A stretch of DNA of 64,000 nt from positions 1,182,280 to 1,246,279 of the forward strand of contig WLWQ01000001.1 of the NCBI GenBank assembly GCA_012103535.1, given 5' to 3'. How positions within the stretch are numbered: the stretch's first letter is position 1; each line of letters begins with the position of its first letter. The translations under genes were made by a program, and so were the position numbers. The DNA is from Pseudomonadales bacterium (GTDB lineage: Bacteria > Pseudomonadota > Gammaproteobacteria > Pseudomonadales > Pseudohongiellaceae). This document shows, piece after piece, positions 18,775-28,872 of the stretch. Below the pieces are notes generated by a model, which saw nothing but the letters and a program-made list of their open reading frames with translations, did not search any database and was not told the origin of the DNA.

Positions 18775-20526
18775 CTACATACCGTGATAACTGGCAATAG
18801 TTGACTTGGTTACTACACCAACTGTTATTTTCGAGTCTGGTTCGGATGCAATTACCAGAACCGCATCGGCACCACTGGAATTGACGAGCGTATTAGCTTC
18901 CTGCAAAGAGGCACGCGCTTCAATTTCAACTGTCTTTAAAGCTTTTGCACTGAGTTGAGAAAGATCCAATTCTTTATCCTCAGTTAATTGAGGATTTTCC
19001 ATAAAACGAGCCAACTTCGCCATGGCGACGAGTTGCGTGCATTCTTCCTTATTGTTGTCCTCATTCCCATTACTAATTATCAGCCATACATTTTCTGATG
19101 CAATTAACTGCTGCGCTTCATCATTTGAAATTGTGTTTTTACAGTTAACAAATGCTCTATTCATTACGCTCTGCACACCAATCCGGCTGAGAAAATTCTT
19201 GCCGGCGCTAGCATATACATCGTGTCCGGCCAGCTTAAGTTGTTCCGCAAAAATACCTTCATATTTAAAGATTTGTTTTACACCCAGACAGGCGACCACG
19301 ACAGTAAACATGCTAGGGAAAATGATTACCGCACTACTGCTTAATTCCAATATGGCTACCAACGCGGCCAACGGAGCATTTAGAACTGCACCCATCATCG
19401 CAACCATGCCTAACAGAATATAAAAATCCGGATTAGATGCGTTTGGGACCAGAGTGTTACCCAAGATACCAAGTAACGCTCCAAGACAACCCCCTACGAC
19501 CAGAGTCGGACCAATCAATCCTCCCACCATACCTAAACCGGTTGCTGTTGCAGTCACTAACAGTTTGGCAACAACAATGCTGATCAAAAGTGCAACACCA
19601 AGTTCGCCCAGTAACGCCTGATTGAGACTGTCGTAACCTGCTCCCATTATTTCCGGTACAAATACTGCGATGGTCCCAGTTACCAGACCAATAAAAGTCA
19701 TCCTCAGCATGATTGAGTAGGACTGCATCTTTACAAACATTAAATGCAATCGAATGAATAAGGCAGCCGCCATTGAAAACACAATTCCGGCAAACACTAA
19801 GTAAGGAAGCTGAATAAGCACGTTGGTATCGGTGCCGTTTACAACAAAATTAATGTCCGCACCAAATACTAACTGGCTGATAGTAGCCGCCAGAACTGAG
19901 GCAATGATCACTGGAATGAATCCCACAATGGTGTATTCCATGAGGATTACTTCCATTGCGAAAATCACACCAGCCATCGGCGTGTTGAAAGTCGCCGATA
20001 TCCCAGCAGCTGAACCGCAGGCCACTAGTGTCCGCAAACTATTATTCGGGAGGTGCAGCCATTGCCCAATGAGAGAACCAACACCGGCACCAAGATGAAT
20101 GCCAGGGCCTTCTCGACCAACGCTCTGACCTGAAACCAGTGCTACTACTCCACCGCAGAACTGCACGATGACATTTCTAAGGGGCATGACGCCTTGGTGA
20201 TTGTGTAAGCGTTCTAATACATGAGACACACTAACGGCATAGTGTTTTTTATCGATGAAAGAGAGTGCGCCGCCGATAAGCATCGCGCCAGTTAGCGGCA
20301 GCAGAAAACGCCAGGGTACTGACAGTGATTCGAAATTGTCACCGGACTCATCAAGAAAATAAGCGCTGGAAATTTCAATTAGCCAGCGAAAGGCGACAAT
20401 CAATAAACCGGCTCCAATACCCGATAAAACACCCAGAGAAACCAATTGCGGCAAGGCGTCCCGATAAGAAAGACGCAGGCGGAACTCTTCGAGTGAGTTA
20501 TTTAATTTGGATAAGAGAGAGTTCAA
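18775..20526 (-). CDS. ClC-family chloride channel / H+-Cl- antiporter with a C-terminal CBS pair
   Basis: Motifs GREGPGIHLGA, GSAAGISATFNTPMAG and GxxGP are present. The roughly 140-aa cytoplasmic tail has two CBS-like units. Confidence 0.85.
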   Translation of the reverse strand: MNSLLSKLNNSLEEFRLRLSYRDALPQLVSLGVLSGIGAGLLIVAFRWLIEISSAYFLDESGDNFESLSVPWRFLLPLTGAMLIGGALSFIDKKHYAVSVSHVLERLHNHQGVMPLRNVIVQFCGGVVALVSGQSVGREGPGIHLGAGVGSLIGQWLHLPNNSLRTLVACGSAAGISATFNTPMAGVIFAMEVILMEYTIVGFIPVIIASVLAATISQLVFGADINFVVNGTDTNVLIQLPYLVFAGIVFSMAAALFIRLHLMFVKMQSYSIMLRMTFIGLVTGTIAVFVPEIMGAGYDSLNQALLGELGVALLISIVVAKLLVTATATGLGMVGGLIGPTLVVGGCLGALLGILGNTLVPNASNPDFYILLGMVAMMGAVLNAPLAALVAILELSSSAVIIFPSMFTVVVACLGVKQIFKYEGIFAEQLKLAGHDVYASAGKNFLSRIGVQSVMNRAFVNCKNTISNDEAQQLIASENVWLIISNGNEDNNKEECTQLVAMAKLARFMENPQLTEDKELDLSQLSAKALKTVEIEARASLQEANTLVNSSGADAVLVIASEPDSKITVGVVTKSTIASYHGM

Positions 20527-20615
20527 GAATGGATGCGCAATCTGACAGGCATTTATTAAAGATTAGCCTCAACTAACATAGATAGCTAGTTTGTTATTCG
20601 CTGCCCTGTATTGCT

Positions 20616-21977
20616 TTATTCGTGCCGTAAGGCCTCGACCGGGTCCATATCCGCCGCACGCATACTCGGGTAGATACCGAAGATCACACCAATCATGGCA
20701 GAGATAGAGAAGGCGAGTATTGGCGCGATAGGCGTAACAATGGTCGTCATGCCCCAGAAAGTAGAGATGATGAATGGAATGATAATGCCCAGCACTACAC
20801 CTATAAGCCCGCCGACACCTGAAAGAATTACGGCTTCGATCAAGAACTGGGCGATGATGTCTTTCTTCTTCGCACCGAGGGCACGACGAATTCCAATTTC
20901 TCGAGTTCGTTCGGTTACGCTGGCCAGCATAATATTCATGATGCCGATACCACCAACTAATAGTGAGATACCGGCAATTGCGCCCGCAACTATCTGATCT
21001 CTTAATGCACTGGCTTCGGCCTGGCGTAATAATGCCAAGGGAATTTCTATGGCGTAATCCACATCTCGGTGCCGGCGTTGCAGTATCTGTTCAATAATTT
21101 CGCCAACCTGGATTACGGTCTCCTGATTGTCCACCTGGATAATAGCTTCGTGCAGTTCGACCGTTTCCGATTCCATGCCACCGGCAGTTTGTCTCGTTGT
21201 CGTTTCGCCGAAGCGGCTTCGTGACGCCGTAAAAGGAATAAAAATTCTGCTTGGCGCTGAGTTCGATGAACCGGCTTGGTTCTGTCCAAGGTTGGAAAAA
21301 CCTTCTGACTCCATAATTCCAACAATATTGTAGTAGTCGCTGTCTATTTTGATTGTTTGTCCGATTGGGTTGTCGATTGGAAACAGCTCATTGGCAACCT
21401 CATCGCTTAATACGACAACGTTGGCATGATCTCGCACTTCGGTCTCACTAAAGAACCGGCCAGCACGGAGGTTATAGTTGCGTGAACTTGGATAGTCTAC
21501 GGAGGTACCAACCACATCGGTATTCATCGACAAACCAAGATTCCATACGTTTTTCTTCACAATACGAGAAGCAATGACGTTGCTAACACCCGGTATTGTG
21601 TTGCGAATAGTTAAGATGTCTGCCTGGGTTAATCCATAGATAACTGCTTGCGGTGGACCGAATCCTCTATTAGAGCTTTCTTCCACTTCCGCTGGTTTTA
21701 CACTCTTTAATAAAATACTAGTGGCGCCCAAATCACGAAACTGTTGTTGCGATTCGAAGCTTGCGCCTTCACTTACGGCGAGCATGGCTATAACAGCCGC
21801 AACCCCAATGACGATACCGAGCACAGTCAACATGGAACGGAGTCCATGCGAGAAGATACTCTTTACACCAACCTGAGTGATTTTTTTAAAGCGAGTAAAG
21901 TTGAACTTCGATCTTGCATTAGACCGAGTCAATAGAACTGCTGGGTTGTCTACATTATCAAGCGTGAAGTCGCTCAT
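20616..21977 (-). CDS. MacB/DevC-type ABC permease (FtsX fold with a large periplasmic domain)
   Basis: 453 aa. One N-terminal TM helix, a roughly 250-aa periplasmic domain, then a C-terminal FtsX module (TERTREIGIRRALGAKKKDI). Confidence 0.85.
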   Translation of the reverse strand: MSDFTLDNVDNPAVLLTRSNARSKFNFTRFKKITQVGVKSIFSHGLRSMLTVLGIVIGVAAVIAMLAVSEGASFESQQQFRDLGATSILLKSVKPAEVEESSNRGFGPPQAVIYGLTQADILTIRNTIPGVSNVIASRIVKKNVWNLGLSMNTDVVGTSVDYPSSRNYNLRAGRFFSETEVRDHANVVVLSDEVANELFPIDNPIGQTIKIDSDYYNIVGIMESEGFSNLGQNQAGSSNSAPSRIFIPFTASRSRFGETTTRQTAGGMESETVELHEAIIQVDNQETVIQVGEIIEQILQRRHRDVDYAIEIPLALLRQAEASALRDQIVAGAIAGISLLVGGIGIMNIMLASVTERTREIGIRRALGAKKKDIIAQFLIEAVILSGVGGLIGVVLGIIIPFIISTFWGMTTIVTPIAPILAFSISAMIGVIFGIYPSMRAADMDPVEALRHE

Positions 21978-22707
21978 CGCTTTCTACCCGTCCGTCCATT
22001 AATTTTATTTCTCGCTTGGAGCGCTCAGCTAACTCATCTGAGTGAGTCACCAGGATTAGCGTCTTGCCCTGACTATGAAGCTCATCAAATAAATTGAGAA
22101 TTTCAAGGCCAGATTTCGAATCCAGGTTTCCAGTAGGTTCGTCTGCCAAAATAACTAGCGGGTCGACTGCCAGTGCCCGTGCTATTGCAACTCTCTGCTG
22201 TTGTCCACCTGAGAGTTCAAATGGTTTGTGGTCGACTCGATCTTGTAATCCAACCCGTGCTGCCAGGCCCATTGCAATCTCGTGACTCTCTTTTTCAGAA
22301 TAGCCTTGATAAAATAAAGGCATCTCGATGTTTTCCAAGACATCGAGTTGTTGAATTAAATTATACGATTGAAAAATAAAGCCTAAGCGAGCGCCACGAA
22401 TAGTAGATAATTCATCATCTTCCATTTCAGAAGTATCTTCATCACCTAAGAAGTATTTACCGGCCGTGGGTTGATCGAGGCAGCCCAGAATATTCATCAG
22501 CGTCGATTTGCCACAACCGGAAGGGCCCATAATGGAAATGTAATCCCCGGAATAAAAATCCAGGTTGATGCCGTGTAAAACTTCGACGGACAACGACCCC
22601 ATATAATAAGTCTTTTGAATGTCCTGCAGGCTGGCGACACGCGATCCTGATGCCAGGCCAGGAGAACTAGCAGTACCGAGTTCAGAGTTGGTTTCGATAA
22701 TAGTCAT
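21958..22707 (-). CDS. ABC transporter ATP-binding protein (MacB/LolD/DevA type)
   Basis: Walker [10 protein letters not shown], signature LSGGQQQR and Walker [12 protein letters not shown]. It overlaps the permease gene by 20 nt. Confidence 0.9.
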   Translation of the reverse strand: MTIIETNSELGTASSPGLASGSRVASLQDIQKTYYMGSLSVEVLHGINLDFYSGDYISIMGPSGCGKSTLMNILGCLDQPTAGKYFLGDEDTSEMEDDELSTIRGARLGFIFQSYNLIQQLDVLENIEMPLFYQGYSEKESHEIAMGLAARVGLQDRVDHKPFELSGGQQQRVAIARALAVDPLVILADEPTGNLDSKSGLEILNLFDELHSQGKTLILVTHSDELAERSKREIKLMDGRVESDERLHA

Positions 22708-22735
22708 AGTGACTAAGGCGTTTTCCTAGAAATCA

Positions 22736-24832
22736 CTAGGCGCCAATTTCGGTAAGGCTTTGTTGTGGTGGTAACAAGAGTACTTCTTCGCCTTCACGTA
22801 GCCCCGATGTAATTTCAATAAAGGATTCGGAAAAGGTTCCCGTTTCTATTTCCCGTCGTTCAGGACGACCGCCGTTATCCACATAGACCACACGCTGGTC
22901 GTCCCAGTAAGTTACCGCCTGCACCGGAACGTAAACTACATCCTGTAGCTGGTCGACAAGAATCTCGACTTCGGAACTCATACCTGGGCGCAGCCAGTCA
23001 TGCACGCCGTCTATTTTGATTGTAGTTGGATAAACTTTCAGATCGGGATTCATAAACGCATTGGCTGAATCTGCAACCACTGCAACTTTATTGACAATGC
23101 CGGTTAAACTCACATCTGGAAAAGCGTCAATTGACACTCTTACTCTCTGTCCAACAGCGACGCGCTGCACAGCCGATTCATGAATATTAGTCTTTACTGC
23201 CATTTCCCGCATGTCGGGTATCGTCAGAATAGCCTGCCGTTCTCTAACTGTGGCTCCCTCTTGAATTGCTTCCTGCGAGCTGCTGCGATAACGCATCTGA
23301 TTCTGATCTGACGATCCGTACACAACCAAACCAGGACGTTCGGCAACAATAGTGGCCAAATCAATCTGTTCTTCAACATCTGCGAGCTTGACCCGCTCCA
23401 AATTGTATTTCCTCTCCGCCGAGCTGAATCGTGCTTCTTCTTGCGCCTGCTCGGCTATGTTTTCCTTCAGCTGGCGCTGATAAGCCATAATGGCATTTTC
23501 ATAGTCGGACAACTTTTGTTCAGCATCTTTCGGAAAGCTGTATTGAATATAAAGCTTAAGTGCAGTTTCTTTTTCTGCTTCTTTGTTGCGTGCCTTGCTT
23601 AAGTTGAGTTCTTCCGCTTCCAGTTCAGTTGGCGTAATAAATCCTCTCGCTTCCAGGCGGCGTTGTCCCTCAATACGGTCTTGTGCTAATAAATTTTCTT
23701 CCTGCGAAACCTGTAATTCGTCCTGCAATCGACGCAACTCTTGTTTGGCCTCGCCATCTTCCAGTATTTCCATGTCAGCATACTGCGTGAAATCCAAGTC
23801 ATCGCGAATCGCCATGTAGCTTGCATCCATTAGCAGAGTAACTTCCGTATTTAATGGACTGTCATCAATTGGCTCCAGCCTTAACTCTGGTGCTTCTGCA
23901 ATAACAGGCCCGTCTTCAACAGCTTGCGATGCGCCACCGAATCCGCCTCTTCGACCGCCAGGTCCACCTGGACCGCGACCACCTCCCTGGGAAAATTGCT
24001 GCATACGCTCAAGCATTTCCGCCGGGAGCTCGCCGCCATTGTCTGCCATCATTTGTTCAATGCGTTCTCGCATTGGCGCTGGCATGGAATCTAAATCGGT
24101 CGGATCGAAACTTGGTCGTGGCGCACGTTCCTCTGCAATTTCCTCAATAGATTGGGATCTGGAGGGCAAGCCGTTGGTCATTCTTTCCAGATCTTCAGCT
24201 TCTGCTTTCGCCAGGCGCTCTTCAATTTCTAATTGCGCGATAATGCCAGTTACTAAGTTTCCACCTAGAAACTTTTCGAATTCCAGACGGGCAAAGCGCA
24301 TTTCTTGACGGGCATCATTTAAGGCCGTCATGTTTTCATTTAGTTGTATCTCATATTGTGCTCGGCGTTCGATGTAAGTCGCTTCAGCAGTTTCGACCGC
24401 AATCTCCTGATTGAGTTGCTGGTCGATCAATGCAGCTTTGTCTAGCTCTACCAGGATAAGTCCCTGATCAACATCTTCCGACGTCACCTGATAGCCTTCT
24501 TCGACAATGTTTAGAATCTTAACCCCCTCTCTGCCTTTAATGCGGGAGCGAATCTCTTGTGATTGCAATGCTTCCAGTGAACCACCTTCGAGAACGGTAA
24601 TTTCCAAATCGCCACGACGGGCTTCGAAGGTAATTGAAGTTTCAATATCAGAACTACCACCACCAAAGGTAAATAGCAGAACTAGTGCAAGCAGTCCGCC
24701 ACCGCTCATGGCATATTGAGTTGATTTTTTAGCGGCGAGGAATTTATCGCGAGCGTTAGCAGCAATGTCCTTTAATGGTGCAGGGACTTTGTCCAATATT
24801 TTATCTACAACTTTCTGATCAGTTGGGCTCAT
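22736..24832 (-). CDS. Periplasmic adaptor (HlyD/MacA/DevB family), unusually long at 698 aa
   Basis: One N-terminal TM helix, a lipoyl/beta-barrel segment (ARRGDLEITVLEGGSLEA...; C-terminal VAVGQRVRVSIDAFP..., SFIEITSGLREGEEV) and a very long coiled-coil region with a low-complexity insert. Confidence 0.8.
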   Translation of the reverse strand: MSPTDQKVVDKILDKVPAPLKDIAANARDKFLAAKKSTQYAMSGGGLLALVLLFTFGGGSSDIETSITFEARRGDLEITVLEGGSLEALQSQEIRSRIKGREGVKILNIVEEGYQVTSEDVDQGLILVELDKAALIDQQLNQEIAVETAEATYIERRAQYEIQLNENMTALNDARQEMRFARLEFEKFLGGNLVTGIIAQLEIEERLAKAEAEDLERMTNGLPSRSQSIEEIAEERAPRPSFDPTDLDSMPAPMRERIEQMMADNGGELPAEMLERMQQFSQGGGRGPGGPGGRRGGFGGASQAVEDGPVIAEAPELRLEPIDDSPLNTEVTLLMDASYMAIRDDLDFTQYADMEILEDGEAKQELRRLQDELQVSQEENLLAQDRIEGQRRLEARGFITPTELEAEELNLSKARNKEAEKETALKLYIQYSFPKDAEQKLSDYENAIMAYQRQLKENIAEQAQEEARFSSAERKYNLERVKLADVEEQIDLATIVAERPGLVVYGSSDQNQMRYRSSSQEAIQEGATVRERQAILTIPDMREMAVKTNIHESAVQRVAVGQRVRVSIDAFPDVSLTGIVNKVAVVADSANAFMNPDLKVYPTTIKIDGVHDWLRPGMSSEVEILVDQLQDVVYVPVQAVTYWDDQRVVYVDNGGRPERREIETGTFSESFIEITSGLREGEEVLLLPPQQSLTEIGA

Positions 24833-26516
24833 CTATTCCTTCCTCCCACTGTCCGCTGTCATCGACGTAAAGCAAGCCAACATCACGCCAGAATTCCAGT
24901 TTGGCGATATTGTGCTCGACGATCGAACTGACTAGTTCCGTGCGGGCAGCCGTTAAATCATTCTGTGAATCTACAGTATCCTGGATGTCACCTAAACCTA
25001 ACTCGGCCCGCAATTGGGCCTCTTCGACTCGACGCTCGTTAATTTCCACGCTAGTTACTGATATATCGTAACTTTTCCGCGCTTCATTCATGCGCCGCCA
25101 GGTATCCAGAACCTCCAGTTTTACCCCGTCCAGTGCGAGCAGATAATTGCGCGACGAGGATTCATAATCGATCAAAGCGCGCCGATAGTTATTGCGCTCA
25201 AACTCGGTATCTACCGGCAGGTCAAAATCCAGCCCAGCGGTGTACAAGGCATTTTCAAAATCCAATTCACCAATATTGCCGTTATTGGCATCGGGCACGG
25301 AGGCTACCAGGCTGAAATCGACCGTCGGATTTAATGCGTTGGCTGCGACTTCAATTCTGCGAGCGCTGTCTTGCACTCGATCGAGAGAACTGTACAAATC
25401 CAGGCGTGTCTGAATCGCCATTTCCGTGGATTGCTCGAGACTGATATCCGGACTATCCATTCCAGTTTCAGAAATCAAATCCATCTCATTGTCATCGAGA
25501 ATAATATTATCCTCTGCTGTAAGACCGATAAGTATCTTGAAATTATCCAGACTACGCTTGTAACGAGTAATGGATGATGTCCAGCGTAAGTCGGCTTGCA
25601 GTGCAGATTGTTCCAGGCGGCCTACCTCCAACAAAGTAGTCAAGCCTTCCACTTGGAATGCCTGTTCTCTTTCCAGCGATAAATTGGTTGCGTTAAGACC
25701 AGCAAAATTATTACGGGCGGTTTCACGGTTTAATAATATTGAGTAATAGTCAGAAGCGACACGAACTGCGAATGATTTTCGAAAACGGGTAAAGTCTCTT
25801 AATCGATATAACAAGTCGCGCTCTGCTTGCATCAACGCTTCGGTTTCAATGTCCGTGCCAAAACCGCGAAGCAGCGGTTGGGTGAATGAACCGACTAATG
25901 CGCTGGTTCCAAATTCGTTGATATCGCCAGTAAGAAATCGAGTAAAGTTATTGGTCAGGTTGAGCGCAATCGCGCCACCGCTTTTCAATATGTACTGTGT
26001 GCCTAAACTGGTATTGGAAAAAGTAGACTCATCTATGTCGACATTCTGCATTCCGGTCAGGATTTGCATGTCTTGCACAAACGGATCTCTTCGATCCCAT
26101 TGATAATCACTGCTGCCAGTCGCCGAGAAAATCGGGGTATAGCGATAGCGGTCGAAAGTTAGAGCAAGTGCTTCTAGATAAAGCAGCTCTTTTTGTGTCT
26201 GGTAATCTTTACTCTGCTGGAAGGCAATATCGAGTACATTATTTAAACCTAAAATGCTCGCGCCAATTTCACTGTCGGCTTCGTTATCGAGAAAGTCGAA
26301 TGATTCATTGTTGACTGCAAAATCGTTCAGATTCAGCTCTCGCACTTCATCCACAACCACTTCTGTGGTCATGCCAGGAACCAATTCGGTCTTGTCAGTG
26401 ATGGCCCCGTAGCTTTCCTCATCCGCGCTGCGCTTATAAGAAGACGCAGAGCAGCCTAGCATTACCGAAGTAATACCTAACAAAATCAGAGGCTTACGAA
26501 TGGCTGTCTCAAGCAC
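24819..26516 (-). CDS. TolC-family outer membrane factor lipoprotein
   Basis: 565 aa with a lipobox (VMLGCSAS). The two-repeat TolC architecture is visible (LNNVLDIAFQQSKDYQ... and a second repeat with TVDSQNDLTAARTELV). It overlaps the adaptor gene by 14 nt. Confidence 0.8.
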   Translation of the reverse strand: MLETAIRKPLILLGITSVMLGCSASSYKRSADEESYGAITDKTELVPGMTTEVVVDEVRELNLNDFAVNNESFDFLDNEADSEIGASILGLNNVLDIAFQQSKDYQTQKELLYLEALALTFDRYRYTPIFSATGSSDYQWDRRDPFVQDMQILTGMQNVDIDESTFSNTSLGTQYILKSGGAIALNLTNNFTRFLTGDINEFGTSALVGSFTQPLLRGFGTDIETEALMQAERDLLYRLRDFTRFRKSFAVRVASDYYSILLNRETARNNFAGLNATNLSLEREQAFQVEGLTTLLEVGRLEQSALQADLRWTSSITRYKRSLDNFKILIGLTAEDNIILDDNEMDLISETGMDSPDISLEQSTEMAIQTRLDLYSSLDRVQDSARRIEVAANALNPTVDFSLVASVPDANNGNIGELDFENALYTAGLDFDLPVDTEFERNNYRRALIDYESSSRNYLLALDGVKLEVLDTWRRMNEARKSYDISVTSVEINERRVEEAQLRAELGLGDIQDTVDSQNDLTAARTELVSSIVEHNIAKLEFWRDVGLLYVDDSGQWEEGIDEPN

Positions 26517-26677
26517 TTTGGGTTTACCCTACTTCGTTTAAGCTAAGTATTAGATTATACGCAGGTTTCAAGGTTTCCAGTCTATTCTTGGCGACGATAT
26601 GTGAGGGGACAGCAGGGATAACAATATGATTTTTGTCCCTTTTTCCTTACCATAGTTTGAAATTGAGCAGGTAAATA

Positions 26678-27634
26678 ATGAAGCATAGAAACCTAATCCT
26701 CGCAGCAACTCTATTGGTCGTCCTTGCCTCGGTTGTGTTTTATCAGTATTCGAAAAATCACCAGCTCGCGGCGCAACTTGATCAGCAGAATGATTTGCGT
26801 GCGCAACTGTTAGAACAAACTGCAGGCAATGCTCAGGAACGACTCGCATTACAAAATCAAATTGAATTACTCGAAGTCAGCTTGGCCTCAGCACTGAACC
26901 AGGTAACAAATCTGTCCGAGGCACTGCAGGATTTTAGGGAAAACAACAATGTGAATATTGAAGAACTTCGCTTGGAAGTAGAAGAAGAAATTGCCAGAGA
27001 AAACCAAGCTAGATTAGCCCACTTGCAATCTCCTGCAATCCTGCAAGCGTTTGCTCGCACCAGTGTACTAGAAGAATACGACGCATACTTAAACACTAAT
27101 ATTGAAAACGAAGACAGAAGAAATTTAATTATAGAATTGCTAATCGAAATCCAAGCGGAACATGATCGAATACTCAATGAAATGAGCGCGCAGGAACTGA
27201 TTGCACATAACGACGATCCAACTGCAAGAAATCAATTCTTCATAGATAACATGTCGTCACACTTAACTAATGAAGAAGCTTTAGCTTTCGAAGAATATGT
27301 TGGCAACTCAAAAGAAAGAATTTTCAGAAAATTCACCACAAGTAATGTCGTTAGTGTTGCGCCTAATCTATCGAATGAAGCGAGAGACGATTTAGTTCAG
27401 AGCCTCTATTTTGAAATGATTGAAAACGCCGAGAATACTGAAAGACCTGATCCCCTTGATCACATCGCATTAACATTCTGGGAAGAAGAAGCAATGAAGC
27501 GAGCTCAGAGCGCATTAAGTCAGCAATTATCCCCAGATGAGTTAAACGAAGCCAACAGATACTTTGAACAGCAACTCAATCGGCTGGAATTGTCTCGAGA
27601 AGTCTGGAGAGCTCAGCGCTCTGCTACTCAATGA
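26678..27634 (+). CDS. Membrane-anchored coiled-coil protein (paralog 1 of 3)
   Basis: 318 aa. An N-terminal TM anchor, a Q/L-rich coiled coil, then a helical region with LTNEE and LSPDE motifs. It shares the segment L..AL.....N..E.L..E...EI with the ORFs at 27719 and 38239. Confidence 0.6.
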   Translation: MKHRNLILAATLLVVLASVVFYQYSKNHQLAAQLDQQNDLRAQLLEQTAGNAQERLALQNQIELLEVSLASALNQVTNLSEALQDFRENNNVNIEELRLEVEEEIARENQARLAHLQSPAILQAFARTSVLEEYDAYLNTNIENEDRRNLIIELLIEIQAEHDRILNEMSAQELIAHNDDPTARNQFFIDNMSSHLTNEEALAFEEYVGNSKERIFRKFTTSNVVSVAPNLSNEARDDLVQSLYFEMIENAENTERPDPLDHIALTFWEEEAMKRAQSALSQQLSPDELNEANRYFEQQLNRLELSREVWRAQRSATQ

Positions 27635-27718
27635 TCTGGATAATATCTGGATGCTAGACCACTTTTCTTTTCATGCTTTATCAATAAATTTAATGCTGGG
27701 CTATAGAAACTAATAACG

Positions 27719-28780
27719 ATGGATGAACAATCCATCCCAATGAGGTTAGATATGAAAGCGGCAATCATCGTTACCGTATCTTTAATAATTGGCGGGCTTA
27801 GCTACGCCACAATTTCATTGCAGTCGGCAAATTCCCGTTTAGAAAATCAACTGCAAACTGCCATGCGCTATCAACAACAGCTGCAAGAGCAAACAGAACT
27901 GTATACCCGACAAAGATTGAATTTCGAGCAAAGGCAAGCAGAGTTCGAAGACGAGCTGCTTGAAGCATCAACCCTACTAAGCAGTCTAAATTCTGCGCTT
28001 AGTGAAGCCGAACAGCGTGCCAATCCAGAATACGAAGCACTGTTAGAGCAAGCCCGGCGCGAAATAGCTGCCGCCGAGGGTCAACATTCTCGTCGCGGTG
28101 GACCGGGAGGCGGCATGGCCTTGTTCTCCAATCCTGACGCCACACGAAAAATGGCGGAGGATCGGATAGCCGGCGGTTTTGTCGACTACCTGGAAGGATT
28201 GGGGATCAGCTCTTCTCAAACGGATAATATTTATGAAGCGCTGGTGGACTTCAATGACGCACGCTATCAAATGCTGGGTCAACTCATGGAAGGAAACCTT
28301 ACAAGCGATCAGGCAGCGGCCATGTTTGGACCAGATGCCATGGTTGAAAATCTTGCCGATTTACTAACGCCTGAACAAGCCGCAGAACTTGGCGCTTATA
28401 ACATTGGCGTGAATGAGGGTGCCGCTCGTCAGGTCTATTCAAGCATGATCGCCAGCGGTGGCAGCGCCATATCCGGAGAAAGTCAGGACCTGGTTATGAA
28501 CACTCTCATGGATGAGCTGTATTCAGTACAAAACAACTACGGCGCGCTGGTGGCAGATGATGGCAGTATGACCAGTGCTTATAACGATAAACTCGCCGCT
28601 TTCGAGCGTGCCCGGGATCGATTAGAGGGCGACCTGAATAGCGACCAGCTAGCCCAATTTGATGGATTTGTACAAAGCCAGGCGGGGGCAGTGGATCTGG
28701 TGCTGGAAGCGAGTGAAGATGGCGCCGGCAATGTGCAGGTGAGAAATATGAAGGTAGGCGCGGAAAACCTGCCAAATTAG
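27719..28780 (+). CDS. Membrane-anchored coiled-coil protein (paralog 2 of 3) with two LTxxQ motifs
   Basis: 353 aa. TM anchor, coiled coil, SEAEQRANPEYEALLEQARREI, a Gly-rich RRGGPGGGM segment, then LTSDQ (28298-28312) and LTPEQ (28364-28378). Confidence 0.6.
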   Translation: MDEQSIPMRLDMKAAIIVTVSLIIGGLSYATISLQSANSRLENQLQTAMRYQQQLQEQTELYTRQRLNFEQRQAEFEDELLEASTLLSSLNSALSEAEQRANPEYEALLEQARREIAAAEGQHSRRGGPGGGMALFSNPDATRKMAEDRIAGGFVDYLEGLGISSSQTDNIYEALVDFNDARYQMLGQLMEGNLTSDQAAAMFGPDAMVENLADLLTPEQAAELGAYNIGVNEGAARQVYSSMIASGGSAISGESQDLVMNTLMDELYSVQNNYGALVADDGSMTSAYNDKLAAFERARDRLEGDLNSDQLAQFDGFVQSQAGAVDLVLEASEDGAGNVQVRNMKVGAENLPN

Positions 28781-28872
28781 CACCCTTTATAATCATTCTC
28801 GGTGATCCGAATAGGCAGCCGGGCCATATAATCGTAGAATAATCGGCCGCAGCGAACTCAAGGAGTTTCAAC

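Noticed and set aside
26568-26849. 93-aa minus-strand ORF spanning the divergent promoter region and the start of coiled-coil paralog 1
   Set aside because: It overlaps a supported plus-strand gene and the intergenic control region, and has no coding signature.
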